A stretch of 64,000 bases of DNA from Promethearchaeota archaeon (GCA_048940925.1 JBHLOC010000009.1:45867-109866); one strand, 5' to 3'. Shown: positions 51,812-62,310, counted from the stretch's first letter. Translations and numbers: made by a program. The notes: a model not told the origin generated them from the sequence alone.

Positions 51812-52507
51812 ATGACCATTAAACTTGATATATTAGTAATTGGAGCTCATCCAGATGATGCAGAAATCGGATGTGGAGGAATTATTGCCCATTATAAGAA
51901 AAGAGGTAAAAAAATAGGAATTTTAGATTTATCAAACGGAGAACCTACTCCATTCGGTACTGTTGAAAAAAGATTAGCTGAGGCTAAAGCCGCTTCTGAA
52001 ACTTTGCATTTAGATATAAGAATTACTCTAGAAATGACTAATAGATATATTGAAAATACAATAGAGAACAGAAAAAAAGTTTCTGAAGTGATTAGAAAAT
52101 ACAAACCAGATATTCTTATTACCCATCCCTCTAATGATTGGCATCCAGACCACATAGCTTGTCATCAGATTGTAAACGCGGCCAAATTTCAAGCAAAATT
52201 AACAAAAACCAAATCCAAATATCCTGAACATTACCCAAAATATGTCTTTTATTTTGATCATTCACATTTAAAGGATAAGAATCGAAAATTGGACTTTTTA
52301 ATCGACATTTCTGATTCTATCGAAGAAAAAGTAAATGCTCTGAGAGTTTATAAATCACAATTTGTTGATACCGAAAAGTATTTAAGGATCTTTGATTATA
52401 TAAGAGAACGTGCTGCTTATTTGGGATATCAAGTTGGCGTCAAATACGCTGAAGGATTCATTAATTCTGAATATTTATTAGTGGATTTTGAAAATTTTAA
52501 ATTTTAG
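51812..52507 (+). CDS. bshB1: BshB1/PIG-L family N-acetylglucosaminyl deacetylase
   Basis: GAHPDDAEIGCGG, HPDH, YKSQF, GVKYAEGF. Confidence 0.82.
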   Translation: MTIKLDILVIGAHPDDAEIGCGGIIAHYKKRGKKIGILDLSNGEPTPFGTVEKRLAEAKAASETLHLDIRITLEMTNRYIENTIENRKKVSEVIRKYKPDILITHPSNDWHPDHIACHQIVNAAKFQAKLTKTKSKYPEHYPKYVFYFDHSHLKDKNRKLDFLIDISDSIEEKVNALRVYKSQFVDTEKYLRIFDYIRERAAYLGYQVGVKYAEGFINSEYLLVDFENFKF

Positions 52508-52516
52508 GAAAAAAAG

Positions 52517-54226
52517 ATGTCAAACGATAAATTCGAAGATCCATTAAAGTTTTACTTGTTATATGCTTTAGAAGGACAAGAATCTTGGATTTCTAGAGGT
52601 ATGAAAGATCTTATACCCCAATCAATCAGTGATGCCATTTTACTTGCCAAAAAAATAAATAGTGAAATAAGAAAAGATACAGATCACAATGAAACAAAAT
52701 TAGCACTGGGTAAAATTTTCAAAAACACAAATAGTAAATATAATCTACTGACTGATAAAGCTAAGAGACATTTGGAAGATTTTATTACTAATGATAATAG
52801 TTTGAGTTTAGAAGTTTCACATCAACCTAAATTTTTAGGCGGAGAAAGATTTCTTTTTAATAAAATCGCATTAGGAGCAGTTTTTACTAATCTAGATAAT
52901 TCTATAGTTCCAATTTTTTACGTTGCTGATTATGATAAAGTCCATTCCGAATTAATAAAAGCTAAATTTTCTCAAAGTGACTCATCCAAAGGATTTTCAA
53001 TTTCAATAAAGCCTGAAATAGAAAAGAAATTTCTTGGTATGAGAATAAAAAATCTTCCATTACCATCTATGTCCTATCTTTTGGAAAAATTTCAAGAAAT
53101 TAGAAAAAAATACCTCAATTCTATTAATAACTGTTTAGATGATAATTGGCATAAAAAACTCTTAGAAGAACGGTTAGAGGAAGCACTTCGGTTAATTAAA
53201 ACTGCTCACAATAATGCTGATAACTATACAGATTGGTTTATAAATATAATAGGGACAATTTCCAATATTATTTTTGATCAAGGATATCTTTTCATATCTG
53301 CTTCAGATTTAGAATACAAGAAACTATTAACACCCTTCTATGAGACTTTGTTAGAGAACCAACCTAGATATGTTAAGACTTATTTAGATTTAAGCAAACA
53401 GTTTATAGGACGCAATATTCACCCTCCTTTAAGAGACATTAGACATGATTTTGTTCCTTTTTTCTATGAATGTAATAATGAACTGTGTTCCTGCAATAGA
53501 ATGGAATTATCTTGTGAAGATTACACATCCATGATTTATGTGAAATGTAAATGTAATCATTGCGGAAATTTAGTTGATTTTAGCCTTGAAAAGGATAATC
53601 CAGATCTTTCTGAGCATGTACCTTTTCTGACCCCCAGGGTTGAATCCCGACAATATTTGGTTTCAAAAACTATCCTACCAGTGATACATATTGCGGGTAC
53701 AGGCGAAACTAGATACTATACGATGGGAATCCCATTGATTAGGCATTTTGATAAGAATATCTCTCTACCTGTTATTTATTTTTATAATAAAATAACAATG
53801 AATACATTTATCACTAGGAAGTTAGAACAAGATATCATCAAATTAAGCATTCCTCATTTTTTAGAAAATATCAAAGGTTTAATGAATAATCTTGGGAAGT
53901 TTAATAAGTTAGTCAATAAATTCAAGGAATCTGTTCCAGAAAGGGCAAAATTGTTAGAAATTTTAAATAATTTTCAATCATACATGAGGCAAATTGAAAA
54001 TATCTTAGTAAAAATCCAATCAATTGATATAGCTCCTGAGGATAAAAATATCATTTCAAGTTATTTAAGTAATATGTTCGGCAAAATCTCAAAGGAAAAA
54101 TATGGACAAGAGGTAATTTTTCATTGGGTGGATTTATGTTTGAAAAATGGATTATCAAATTTCTTTAATGATTACTTTCGAATTTACAAGCCATGGCTCC
54201 CTCCTGGATTAGAAATCTTTCTGTAA
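52517..54226 (+). CDS. bshC: BshC-like cysteine-adding enzyme
   Basis: SHQPKFLGG..FLFNKI, VPIFYVADYD, VPFFY, IAGTGETRYY correspond to BshC motifs; directly downstream of bshB1. Confidence 0.65.
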   Translation: MSNDKFEDPLKFYLLYALEGQESWISRGMKDLIPQSISDAILLAKKINSEIRKDTDHNETKLALGKIFKNTNSKYNLLTDKAKRHLEDFITNDNSLSLEVSHQPKFLGGERFLFNKIALGAVFTNLDNSIVPIFYVADYDKVHSELIKAKFSQSDSSKGFSISIKPEIEKKFLGMRIKNLPLPSMSYLLEKFQEIRKKYLNSINNCLDDNWHKKLLEERLEEALRLIKTAHNNADNYTDWFINIIGTISNIIFDQGYLFISASDLEYKKLLTPFYETLLENQPRYVKTYLDLSKQFIGRNIHPPLRDIRHDFVPFFYECNNELCSCNRMELSCEDYTSMIYVKCKCNHCGNLVDFSLEKDNPDLSEHVPFLTPRVESRQYLVSKTILPVIHIAGTGETRYYTMGIPLIRHFDKNISLPVIYFYNKITMNTFITRKLEQDIIKLSIPHFLENIKGLMNNLGKFNKLVNKFKESVPERAKLLEILNNFQSYMRQIENILVKIQSIDIAPEDKNIISSYLSNMFGKISKEKYGQEVIFHWVDLCLKNGLSNFFNDYFRIYKPWLPPGLEIFL

Positions 54227-54234
54227 TGTATAAG

Positions 54235-55218
54235 TCATTTTAATTTGAAGAATTTATTCGCATTTTCCCAATAAATCTTCTTTAAGACATCAAGAGGAAG
54301 ATCCAAGCCATTGATCTTGGTATTATTATCATTCTCTGGATCTGGAAAAGGTAATGGTATATTCCGACAAGGGGTTTCTAAAATTGCTTGGAAGGTAAAA
54401 TAACGAGTCCGATAATATTCTGAAATAGGTTTGTTTCGATCTTGCACAATATCTGTCCCAAAAAGAATTCTATCTGAATATTTAATAAAAAACTCTCTGG
54501 CTTTTTTTGGGTACCTTCCAAGCTCACGTGCCATCCACCTTGCTGAAGAAGTATCAATATGATAATTTGGATATGATTCAAACCATCTCGCAAGGTTTTC
54601 TAGATTTTCTGGTTGACTTCCAAAGTGTGCTTGTTGTACCTTCAAATTAGGAAAACTAGATAAAACCTCCTCAAAATCATCTAAGTGTTCTCTCTTAGTG
54701 CCATACCGACTAACTGGTTGATACACTTTCTCATACCAAAGATCTGGATCACTAACATGAATTAATAAAATTAGTCCTAATTCTTCTATCTTGGCAAATA
54801 TTGACTTGAAAAAGGGATCAGATAATCTAATTTTTGGTGGATCAATTTTAAATTGTTCTCTTACAAAGTCTCTCACTCTCGGACCAAACCAAAATTTTAT
54901 AACAGGAAAGCCTTGTTGATAAATCTTTTCAATTGAATCTAATATTATTTTAAGGTTTGGCTTTATTTTAAAAAGCTGCCTACTTCTAAAATACTTAGCA
55001 AACACAAAATTATCAGGAAATTTTGTCTCTAATTCGTCATAATCATTCCCCCAGACAATGCCTACAGATTTTTTGATGTTAAACTCTTCTCTAAATTTAA
55101 TCAAATTATGAATGCCATCGATACTCCCTAAATGAACATGAGCATCAAATTTTGGAGCATCAAATTTCGATTTAATCGAGGTATCATCATTATTGTACTC
55201 TGAAATATATTTTTGCAC
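54235..55218 (-). CDS. Amidohydrolase_2 family protein
   Basis: FDAHVH, IHVSDP, AHFG, DTSSA, RILFGTD, KIYWENA. Confidence 0.88.
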   Translation of the reverse strand: MQKYISEYNNDDTSIKSKFDAPKFDAHVHLGSIDGIHNLIKFREEFNIKKSVGIVWGNDYDELETKFPDNFVFAKYFRSRQLFKIKPNLKIILDSIEKIYQQGFPVIKFWFGPRVRDFVREQFKIDPPKIRLSDPFFKSIFAKIEELGLILLIHVSDPDLWYEKVYQPVSRYGTKREHLDDFEEVLSSFPNLKVQQAHFGSQPENLENLARWFESYPNYHIDTSSARWMARELGRYPKKAREFFIKYSDRILFGTDIVQDRNKPISEYYRTRYFTFQAILETPCRNIPLPFPDPENDNNTKINGLDLPLDVLKKIYWENANKFFKLK

Positions 55219-55332
55219 TTGTAATTCACACTTAGAATTTTTTTTTTTAGGAACAGGTTACTTTTTAAAAAGATCTATTTTTTGATTAATTGATCAGATG
55301 AAGCTTAAGCTAATTATTTTTTGAAAAGTTTA

Positions 55333-56307
55333 CTAGAGATTTTGAATGGCTATTACTGCCGTTGCTATTATATCATCATTTACAAATTGTGGAATGACAC
55401 AACCAGGTGCGATTACTAATCCTAGCCCTTTAAAATTTGTGTAGACGGATGAAATCATTGATGAAACTTCCGTGGGATCTGATATATCCTTCCATAATTC
55501 TGCATTTAATCCCCCGAGAAGTCCTCCTTTAAATATTTGCCTCGCTTCAGAAAGGCTTGGTGGTGTTTGCTGATCATGCCAATTAATCGCATCTATAGGT
55601 AGTTTAGTTGCTAAATTGTAATCAGGGTTGTCACCATGAAGATGAAGGACTAAAAAATTATTTTTTTTTAATGAATTTTTTATGAGGGATTTCATAGGTT
55701 TAAACGCAAATTCTAATCTCTCTTCTTCAGTTAGTCTATTGTTAAAATGTTGTGTGGCTAAAAATATACCATTAGCACCCGCTTCTAATGAAGCTTTTGT
55801 AAAATCTCTCATTGTCGAAATAATTACCTTAAAATGTTCTTTAATTTGTTGAGGATCCTTTCTGAAATGTATAATTATATTGGGATCAATTTGGGAGGCT
55901 ACCATTAAAGGAGAAAAAACTGTCATCATGATTGGTACTTTCCCGTCAACTTTCTCGTGAAGAAGTTTCAATGCTTTAATTTGATTTCCAAATTCACCAC
56001 TGTCTATCTCAATGTTCTTAATTTTCCCCCAATCTTCTATTTCTTCTATTGGATATTTTACACAAATTCTTGAACCTGATACTGGATCATATCCTCCCAA
56101 TTCCGCTCCAAAATCAGAAGCAAAAGCACGACCTGAGATTGAGATTTTCATAATATCGGAATCGTATTTTTTTTGAAAATCCATCTGTGCCTTTAAAAGT
56201 CCTTCAGGAGTTTTATCGAATTCAGGGAAATGTTTCCAAATTGCATAGGGAACTCTCTCGGTGGGTTCAACTTTAAAAGCTTTTTTAATTAGTTCGAATT
56301 TATCCAT
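55333..56307 (-). CDS. Uroporphyrinogen decarboxylase-like family protein
   Basis: ERVPYAIWKHF, TVFSP, LHLHG, AINWHD, IAPGCVIP. Confidence 0.8.
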   Translation of the reverse strand: MDKFELIKKAFKVEPTERVPYAIWKHFPEFDKTPEGLLKAQMDFQKKYDSDIMKISISGRAFASDFGAELGGYDPVSGSRICVKYPIEEIEDWGKIKNIEIDSGEFGNQIKALKLLHEKVDGKVPIMMTVFSPLMVASQIDPNIIIHFRKDPQQIKEHFKVIISTMRDFTKASLEAGANGIFLATQHFNNRLTEEERLEFAFKPMKSLIKNSLKKNNFLVLHLHGDNPDYNLATKLPIDAINWHDQQTPPSLSEARQIFKGGLLGGLNAELWKDISDPTEVSSMISSVYTNFKGLGLVIAPGCVIPQFVNDDIIATAVIAIQNL

Positions 56308-56428
56308 TGTGTTGTCCTTTTTCCTAGTAATTTTAGTACTCGATGCTTTAATATAGTAAATGATCTCAATAGAATCTTTAAAAATCTTTTCTAAAAATTT
56401 TTAAATTAAACTTCCTATATTAAAAATT

Positions 56429-56890
56429 ATGCCAGTAAGTATCAAAGCATTGAAATTTGTATATGATTATGTTAAGGAATTGTTTGAAAAACGAAAGGAG
56501 AATCATTTTGAGGAATCTTTGAAAAATCCACTATTTGAAAAAGAGCAAACGGCTATCGATCTGTTTATTCATGCTGTTAGCCTACTTAATTGGGCATCAA
56601 GAAAAACCATTAATCCTAATGTGGATAATAAGGAGATAGCAATAAAATTAGACCCAGAATCCACTGCACCTTTACAAGACCAATTATTAGACTTGTTTAA
56701 TACGGCAATTGAAGCGTATGTAGAGGCAAGATCTAAATATAAAGAAGAAGATCTGCAAAGTAAATTTAAATCCCCTTTTGGGAGAGAAATGACCTATGAA
56801 GATTGGTTTGGATTCATTATACATCACACTATCGGTCATATTTATCAAGTCCTAAGACTCCAAGCAATTTATCTAAGACAAAAAGTTTAG
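56429..56890 (+). CDS. DinB/YfiT superfamily protein
   Basis: DLFIH...IIHHTIGHIYQ His triad. Confidence 0.7.
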   Translation: MPVSIKALKFVYDYVKELFEKRKENHFEESLKNPLFEKEQTAIDLFIHAVSLLNWASRKTINPNVDNKEIAIKLDPESTAPLQDQLLDLFNTAIEAYVEARSKYKEEDLQSKFKSPFGREMTYEDWFGFIIHHTIGHIYQVLRLQAIYLRQKV

Positions 56891-56955
56891 GCGGAGTATT
56901 AACTGTAATAAGATTGAAATTATTTTTAATGAATTAAAAATTTTTTTTTAATATT

Positions 56956-57456
56956 ATGACATCTAAAATACTCTCAGATGCAATTTTCGAGCAATATGGT
57001 GCTGCCATTGGAATGTTGGAGAAAAATCTAAATAGTTGCCCTAAAGAATTATGGGATGATAAAACCATCGGACCTCCTTTTTGGCAAGTAGCTTATCACG
57101 CCATGTGGTTCTTAGATTGGTATCTTTCGGATTCAAAAAAAGCACGTGAAAATTTCAAATCGAAATTTGGTGAAGAGGTATCGCGAGATTTAAATATATC
57201 GCCAGAAATTACATTAACTCGTAAACAATTACTCGAATACCTATCAAACCTTAAAGAAAAAACTAAAAATCGGTTTGAAGATCTAACTACAGATGATTTA
57301 ATAAAACCTTCTGTGTTTGAATGGCACGGAAATAGCGTTTTAAGTTCATTACTTTATAACCTTCGTCACTTAATGCTCCACATAGGAGCTCTTAATTTGA
57401 GGCTTCATAGAAAAGGAGTGAAATTAGATAACTGGATTTCGAATCAACGAATTTGA
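56956..57456 (+). CDS. DinB superfamily protein
   Basis: CPKELW, FWQVAYHAMWFLDWYLS, YNLRHLMLHIGAL. Confidence 0.8.
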   Translation: MTSKILSDAIFEQYGAAIGMLEKNLNSCPKELWDDKTIGPPFWQVAYHAMWFLDWYLSDSKKARENFKSKFGEEVSRDLNISPEITLTRKQLLEYLSNLKEKTKNRFEDLTTDDLIKPSVFEWHGNSVLSSLLYNLRHLMLHIGALNLRLHRKGVKLDNWISNQRI

Positions 57457-57462
57457 TTTCAG

Positions 57463-57494
57463 GTTTTCTCTTTCAAATTAGTTTAAGATATAGA
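57463..57494 (+). repeat. 32-bp direct repeat, copy 1
   Basis: GTTTTCTCTTTCAAATTAGTTTAAGATATAGA; 30/32 identical to 60379-60410. Confidence 0.8.
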
Positions 57495-58101
57495 TCCTCT
57501 ATATGTATGTGATTTCCTCGCCACTAGGAGTTGAATCATTGTCCATATTTTCTTTTTTAAGAAATTTGTTAAATTTATTCAATCCAAAAATTAAAACAGC
57601 TCTTTTTTCTTGAGAGATATTATTTTTTAAAAGATATTTCCAGAAAATCTTTTCTTCCAAAATATATCACTCTCTCAATTTTAATGATTTAGAAGGTTAA
57701 TTCCTCTATTAATCTTAAACAATTAATTAAGATACATTTTGTTGAACAATTACATTCTTTTCTATCATTTGACTTATTAATTCAGATAGTTTGAATTAAA
57801 TATGAGCTATTCAATTTTTTTAAGGATTCAAACTCTTGAATCTAATTAATTTATCTAATCCTTGAAAACTTTTATTTCTTATCCTACAGATCGTCACACG
57901 ATGTAGAATTCCGAGATTTTTGCACAATCAAGAAAATTTATATTTCTTTTATTCGTAGTTATCATCTTTAACCCATATACCGTTCCAACAATTCCATATT
58001 CCTTAATATTATCAACATAAGTAACCAGAGACTCCATTATAATCTCAGTAAAAAGCTTTTTAAGTAAAATAAGAAAAAAAAAAAGGGGATTTAAAAAAAA
58101 A

Positions 58102-60048
58102 TTATTTATATTTTTTTTTTAAGTATATTACTGTTATCACACCAAGGGTACTAATAAATATTAACAACATATAACCAGGAATTGCAGGGCTAGGGCTTGG
58201 TTTCGCTTTTCCTACGTCAACTTCACTAAATCCAATATTTCCAATAGTATCATTTGCATAAATCCTGATTGTTATAGTACCAAATAGGGCAGCATCCCAT
58301 GCCTCCTGATTAATTGTATTTATGTATGACTCTAAGTGACTAATCCATCCTTCGGGAGGAGTTATTGTATAGTTGTTAACACCCCCATCAATAGTATACC
58401 ATATTGAATCTAAATTTGGCTCTTCGATAGTAATACTATAAGAAGGAACCTGATCTTTAAACACTTGACCCTGATCAGGACTTCTTATAGTAATTCTTGG
58501 TTCAGTAATATCTTTCTCAACTGAAACTTCAGCAACCCCTACTCTAGCTTCCATATCCTTCGCGTAGAATTTAATAGTTACCACACCACTATATTCTTTT
58601 TTATCCCATTCTCCTTGATCAATTTTTCCTGTAAAATTGTCAAAATATATATTTGTATATCCTCCATCTATTGTATACCACATGGAATGTAAATTCGGCT
58701 CTAGAACAGAAATATTGAAACTTGGGGTTATATATCCAAACAATTCATTTTGACTCGGAGAGATAATTTCAATTTCTGGAACTTTAAGATGTTGCACCAG
58801 GACCATATGAGGATTCCCCCCCGTAGTACCAGATATCCATCCCCCAAGATAATGGTTGTCTAACGAATCCACTGCTATTCCTCTACATTGATCAAAACCC
58901 TCTCCGCCCCATGTGTGATTCCATTGCGGCACACCAGAATTATCATATTTAACCACAACCATATCATATCTTCCCACTTCGAACCTTTCTGTGTATCCTA
59001 CAAGGTATAGATTATCTAACGAATCTACTGCTAATCCATAGCCCTCATCATCATCACTCCCTCTCCATATATGGCTCCATTGTTCTGTACCAGAACTGTC
59101 ATATTTCACCAGAACCATATCAATAAGGCTATCCACGAAATAATCTGTGGATCCTGCTATGTACACATTTTCTGACGAATCTAATGCCACTCCCTGACCT
59201 TTATCGTTTTCTATCCAGCCCCACGTGCGATTCCATTGTTCTGTACCAGAACTGTCATATTTCACCAGAACCATATCAGAATTTCCCGCTCCCAAACTAT
59301 ATGTGTATCCTACAATGTACGTATTATTTAACGAATCCACTGTCACTCCATTGGCAACATCTACCTCACTCCCACCCCACGTGCAATTCCATTGTTCCGC
59401 ACCAGAACTGTTGTATTTCACAAGAACCATATCAGGATTTACCGTTCCCCCTCCCGCTCCCCCAATATCTCTGTATCCAGTAATATAAACATTGTCTGAC
59501 GAGTCTACTGCTACTCCATAGCCCTCATCGTCATCATTTTCCCCACCCCACGTACAATTCCATTGTTCCACACCAGAACTGTTATATTTCACAAGGGCCA
59601 TATCAAGATCTCCCGTCTCGTGATTATATGTTGATCCCACAAGATAGACATTATCTGATGAATCTATTGCAATCCCATAACAGAATGCAACTCCATATTC
59701 GTAAATGGTAACAATCCCTTCCCATGTACGACTCCATTGTTCCTCACCAGAACTGTCGTATTTAACTAAAATCATATCAGGATCTGCTTCCCCAAAAATA
59801 TTTTTGCATCCTGCAATGTACACATTATCTAACGAATCTACTGCTACTCCATAGCCTTTGTGAGTATAGCTCCCACTCCATGTGCGAGACCACCCAAAAG
59901 CATGCGAATCGCTAGCAGATAAATAGACTATTCTCTCTCTGTTGAGATTGTCATCTTGTTCATTAGACAGCAGGTTAAAGCTTGATAATACGCAGCAAGA
60001 GTACAAGATTAAAATAAATACTATAAAAAAGCATTTTTTATTTTTCAT
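58102..60048 (-). CDS. SBBP-repeat beta-propeller surface protein with two Ig-like domains and Loki-CTERM tail
   Basis: Seven GVAVDSxDNVYxxG...DMVLVKYDSSGxEQWxxTWG repeats, also visible at DNA level; AIPGY + TM + KKK. Confidence 0.88.
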   Translation of the reverse strand: MKNKKCFFIVFILILYSCCVLSSFNLLSNEQDDNLNRERIVYLSASDSHAFGWSRTWSGSYTHKGYGVAVDSLDNVYIAGCKNIFGEADPDMILVKYDSSGEEQWSRTWEGIVTIYEYGVAFCYGIAIDSSDNVYLVGSTYNHETGDLDMALVKYNSSGVEQWNCTWGGENDDDEGYGVAVDSSDNVYITGYRDIGGAGGGTVNPDMVLVKYNSSGAEQWNCTWGGSEVDVANGVTVDSLNNTYIVGYTYSLGAGNSDMVLVKYDSSGTEQWNRTWGWIENDKGQGVALDSSENVYIAGSTDYFVDSLIDMVLVKYDSSGTEQWSHIWRGSDDDEGYGLAVDSLDNLYLVGYTERFEVGRYDMVVVKYDNSGVPQWNHTWGGEGFDQCRGIAVDSLDNHYLGGWISGTTGGNPHMVLVQHLKVPEIEIISPSQNELFGYITPSFNISVLEPNLHSMWYTIDGGYTNIYFDNFTGKIDQGEWDKKEYSGVVTIKFYAKDMEARVGVAEVSVEKDITEPRITIRSPDQGQVFKDQVPSYSITIEEPNLDSIWYTIDGGVNNYTITPPEGWISHLESYINTINQEAWDAALFGTITIRIYANDTIGNIGFSEVDVGKAKPSPSPAIPGYMLLIFISTLGVITVIYLKKKYK

Positions 60049-60259
60049 TTTTTCAGATTATTTATAATTATTGGATTAATGACAATCTAGTCTAATTTAA
60101 TATATAAATATTACATTTTACAAATAATGAATGACAAGTAAACTTTTTAGATACTTACTCAAATGTAAAATTTCTAATTGCCAATTCATTGCTTAAATAA
60201 GTAATAAAATAAAGAGAAAAAAAAGAAATTAGAAATTTTAAAAGCTTATTTAATTCCTT

Positions 60260-60378
60260 TTAGAAGTATTTGATTGCAAGTAAAATGTCGTCCCGAGTAA
60301 CTTTCTTTCTCTTCGCGTGTTTGTTTAAAGTTAACGCAGTTTGTGTAATTTTTTCAGCTGATTGACCCATCCAATCAA
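60260..60378 (-). pseudogene. Histone 3' fragment
   Basis: DWMGQSAEKITQTALTLNKHAKRKKVTRDDILLAIKYF*. The N-terminal half is absent and there is an in-frame TGA just upstream. Confidence 0.85.
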
Positions 60379-60410
60379 GTTTTCTCTTTCAAATTAGGTT
60401 AAGAAATAGA
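60379..60410 (+). repeat. 32-bp direct repeat, copy 2, abutting the histone fragment
   Basis: GTTTTCTCTTTCAAATTAGGTTAAGAAATAGA. Confidence 0.8.
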
Positions 60411-60433
60411 AAAAATAAATAAAAAAATAAATT

Positions 60434-61351
60434 TTATACTCTAAGATCCATTTCTCCAGCACTCCAAGGTTTTAGCTGAGGCAAATTCCAACGCTCTACC
60501 AAGAATTTTATTAAGTAAATCGAAAATAATCCTGCAATTATTGCTCCACCTCCAGCGATTATATAAGCAGTACTAGTGTCTTCTCCAGATGTCGCAATAA
60601 ACAATATAACGTTTAGAGTAGAATTCCAAAGATAGTGGGATATTAAAGGACCGATTAAGCTAGCAGTTTTAAAGAACATGTATCCCCATATTAAAGCAAT
60701 AAGAAAGGGGGAAAGAGTTTGAATAATTGATTGCAAAATGAAACCTCCAAAAGAGGTTTCACCATCAATGAAGTCTTTAATTGGCCAAGTTATATGCCAA
60801 ATTCCGAATAAAAATGCTTGTAGAATATTAGTTCTCCAGAATGACATTTTATCCAAAAACTTACGAGTCATCAAACCTCTAAATAATCCTTCTTCCATCA
60901 ATACATTCACGATATTTCCAAAAAGTAACCATAGAGCAAAATAATAATCTCCTCGTAACCCCGTTTTTGGATCTGTTGGGGCAAATTCAAGACCTCCTTC
61001 TATACCAGAAATGCTGTTTACGACTAACGTCAGTATATAATAAACACCTAACATTATTGCTGCTAATAAGAAACCGATTGCAAAAGATTGACCAAGATTA
61101 CTTCTATGAATGCCTATAGCTTTTGGCTTACGATTTATTGACCATAAATAGAAAACAATAAGAATTAAACCTAATGATTTGGAAAAGATTAATTCTCCTA
61201 CTAATTCAGTTATTGGAAGCACAAATGTATCTAAAAGCCGGAAAATTAAACATAAAAGCGTAATTATCATTAAAACCGTAATTGGATATCGAGTAGCAAA
61301 TTCATACCATTTATTTTGAAAGCTTTTTATTTCTTTTTCATTTTCTGACAT
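60434..61351 (-). CDS. CPBP/Abi intramembrane metalloprotease
   Basis: MEEGLFRG, FGIWH, ISHYLWN. Confidence 0.9.
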   Translation of the reverse strand: MSENEKEIKSFQNKWYEFATRYPITVLMIITLLCLIFRLLDTFVLPITELVGELIFSKSLGLILIVFYLWSINRKPKAIGIHRSNLGQSFAIGFLLAAIMLGVYYILTLVVNSISGIEGGLEFAPTDPKTGLRGDYYFALWLLFGNIVNVLMEEGLFRGLMTRKFLDKMSFWRTNILQAFLFGIWHITWPIKDFIDGETSFGGFILQSIIQTLSPFLIALIWGYMFFKTASLIGPLISHYLWNSTLNVILFIATSGEDTSTAYIIAGGGAIIAGLFSIYLIKFLVERWNLPQLKPWSAGEMDLRV

Positions 61352-61581
61352 TTATTCTCACTTATTGTAGATTCCCTTAATATTCAATTAATAACATTTA
61401 GAGATATAATATGATAAAAACAAATTTAAATCTTAATATTTGAACCATTCTTTCTATAAGATCACCGCTATCCAATAAATCTATAAGATTCATGTAAATT
61501 ATCAATATTTTACTAAAAATATTCAATAAAACAGAATGAAAAAAAAAGAAATAAGAAATTTTAAAAACTGATTTAATTCCT

Positions 61582-61791
61582 TTAAAAGTATTTAATAGCT
61601 AAAAGAATGTCGTCCCTTGTAACCTTCTTCCTTTTTGCGTGTTTGGTTAAGGTTAACGCAGTTTTTGTAATTTTTTCAGCTGATTGACCCATCCAATCAA
61701 CTAGTTCATCTACTGCATCACGAGCTACAATAATGGCACCATTATGTTTCATTAATCTTCGAATAGGACTCCAACTAATATATTCTGACAT
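61582..61791 (-). CDS. Archaeal histone (HMf family)
   Basis: PIRRLMK..GA..VARDAV...AKRKKVTRDDI histone fold; GGAGG RBS upstream. Confidence 0.93.
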   Translation of the reverse strand: MSEYISWSPIRRLMKHNGAIIVARDAVDELVDWMGQSAEKITKTALTLTKHAKRKKVTRDDILLAIKYF

Positions 61792-62310
61792 TTTTTATTC
61801 CTCCACTTTTATATAATTTATAATTTTTTAGTATTGAAATTTGTTATTTTTTAAGAGTTTGTTATATAGATATATATCTTTCAGATATTTAAAGATTTTT
61901 ATTCATGCATAGTTTTATGAAGAATAAAATAGAAAAAATTGAACGACAAAATTCGAACTTGTGAAGAAGATCAATCTCGTGAAAGTTAGATTCTTTTTAT
62001 TGAATTATTATTTCTGCTTGAAATTGAAGGTATAAATGATATTATCTTCTTAGAATCCAGCCAATTGTTCAAAAAGGCTATACTTTAAAAAAAGAAAGAA
62101 AAAACAATCAAATTCTGAAATGTAATCATATAAGTTTTTCTAAAACCTGAGACATAAAAAACATCATTTTCTTATTAAAAATTAGAGAGATAATGTCATT
62201 AACATTAAGAATTTTAATTATAAAGAAAAAATTTGAGAAGAAAATAAATTTAACCTTAATAAATTAATTAAATTCTAATGTAGAAGAAAAATACAATTAA
62301 TAGGCTTTAA

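Noticed and set aside
57890-58040. Short minus-strand ORF (MESLVTYVDNIKEYG...)
   Set aside because: Under 50 aa with no recognisable motif; it cannot be supported.
58800-59900. Periodic DNA repeats resembling a CRISPR array
   Set aside because: They are the roughly 160-bp coding repeats of the beta-propeller blades.
61800-62300. Long intergenic region upstream of the histone as a possible ncRNA or origin
   Set aside because: It is AT-rich, with no stable structure or repeated boxes that I can identify.
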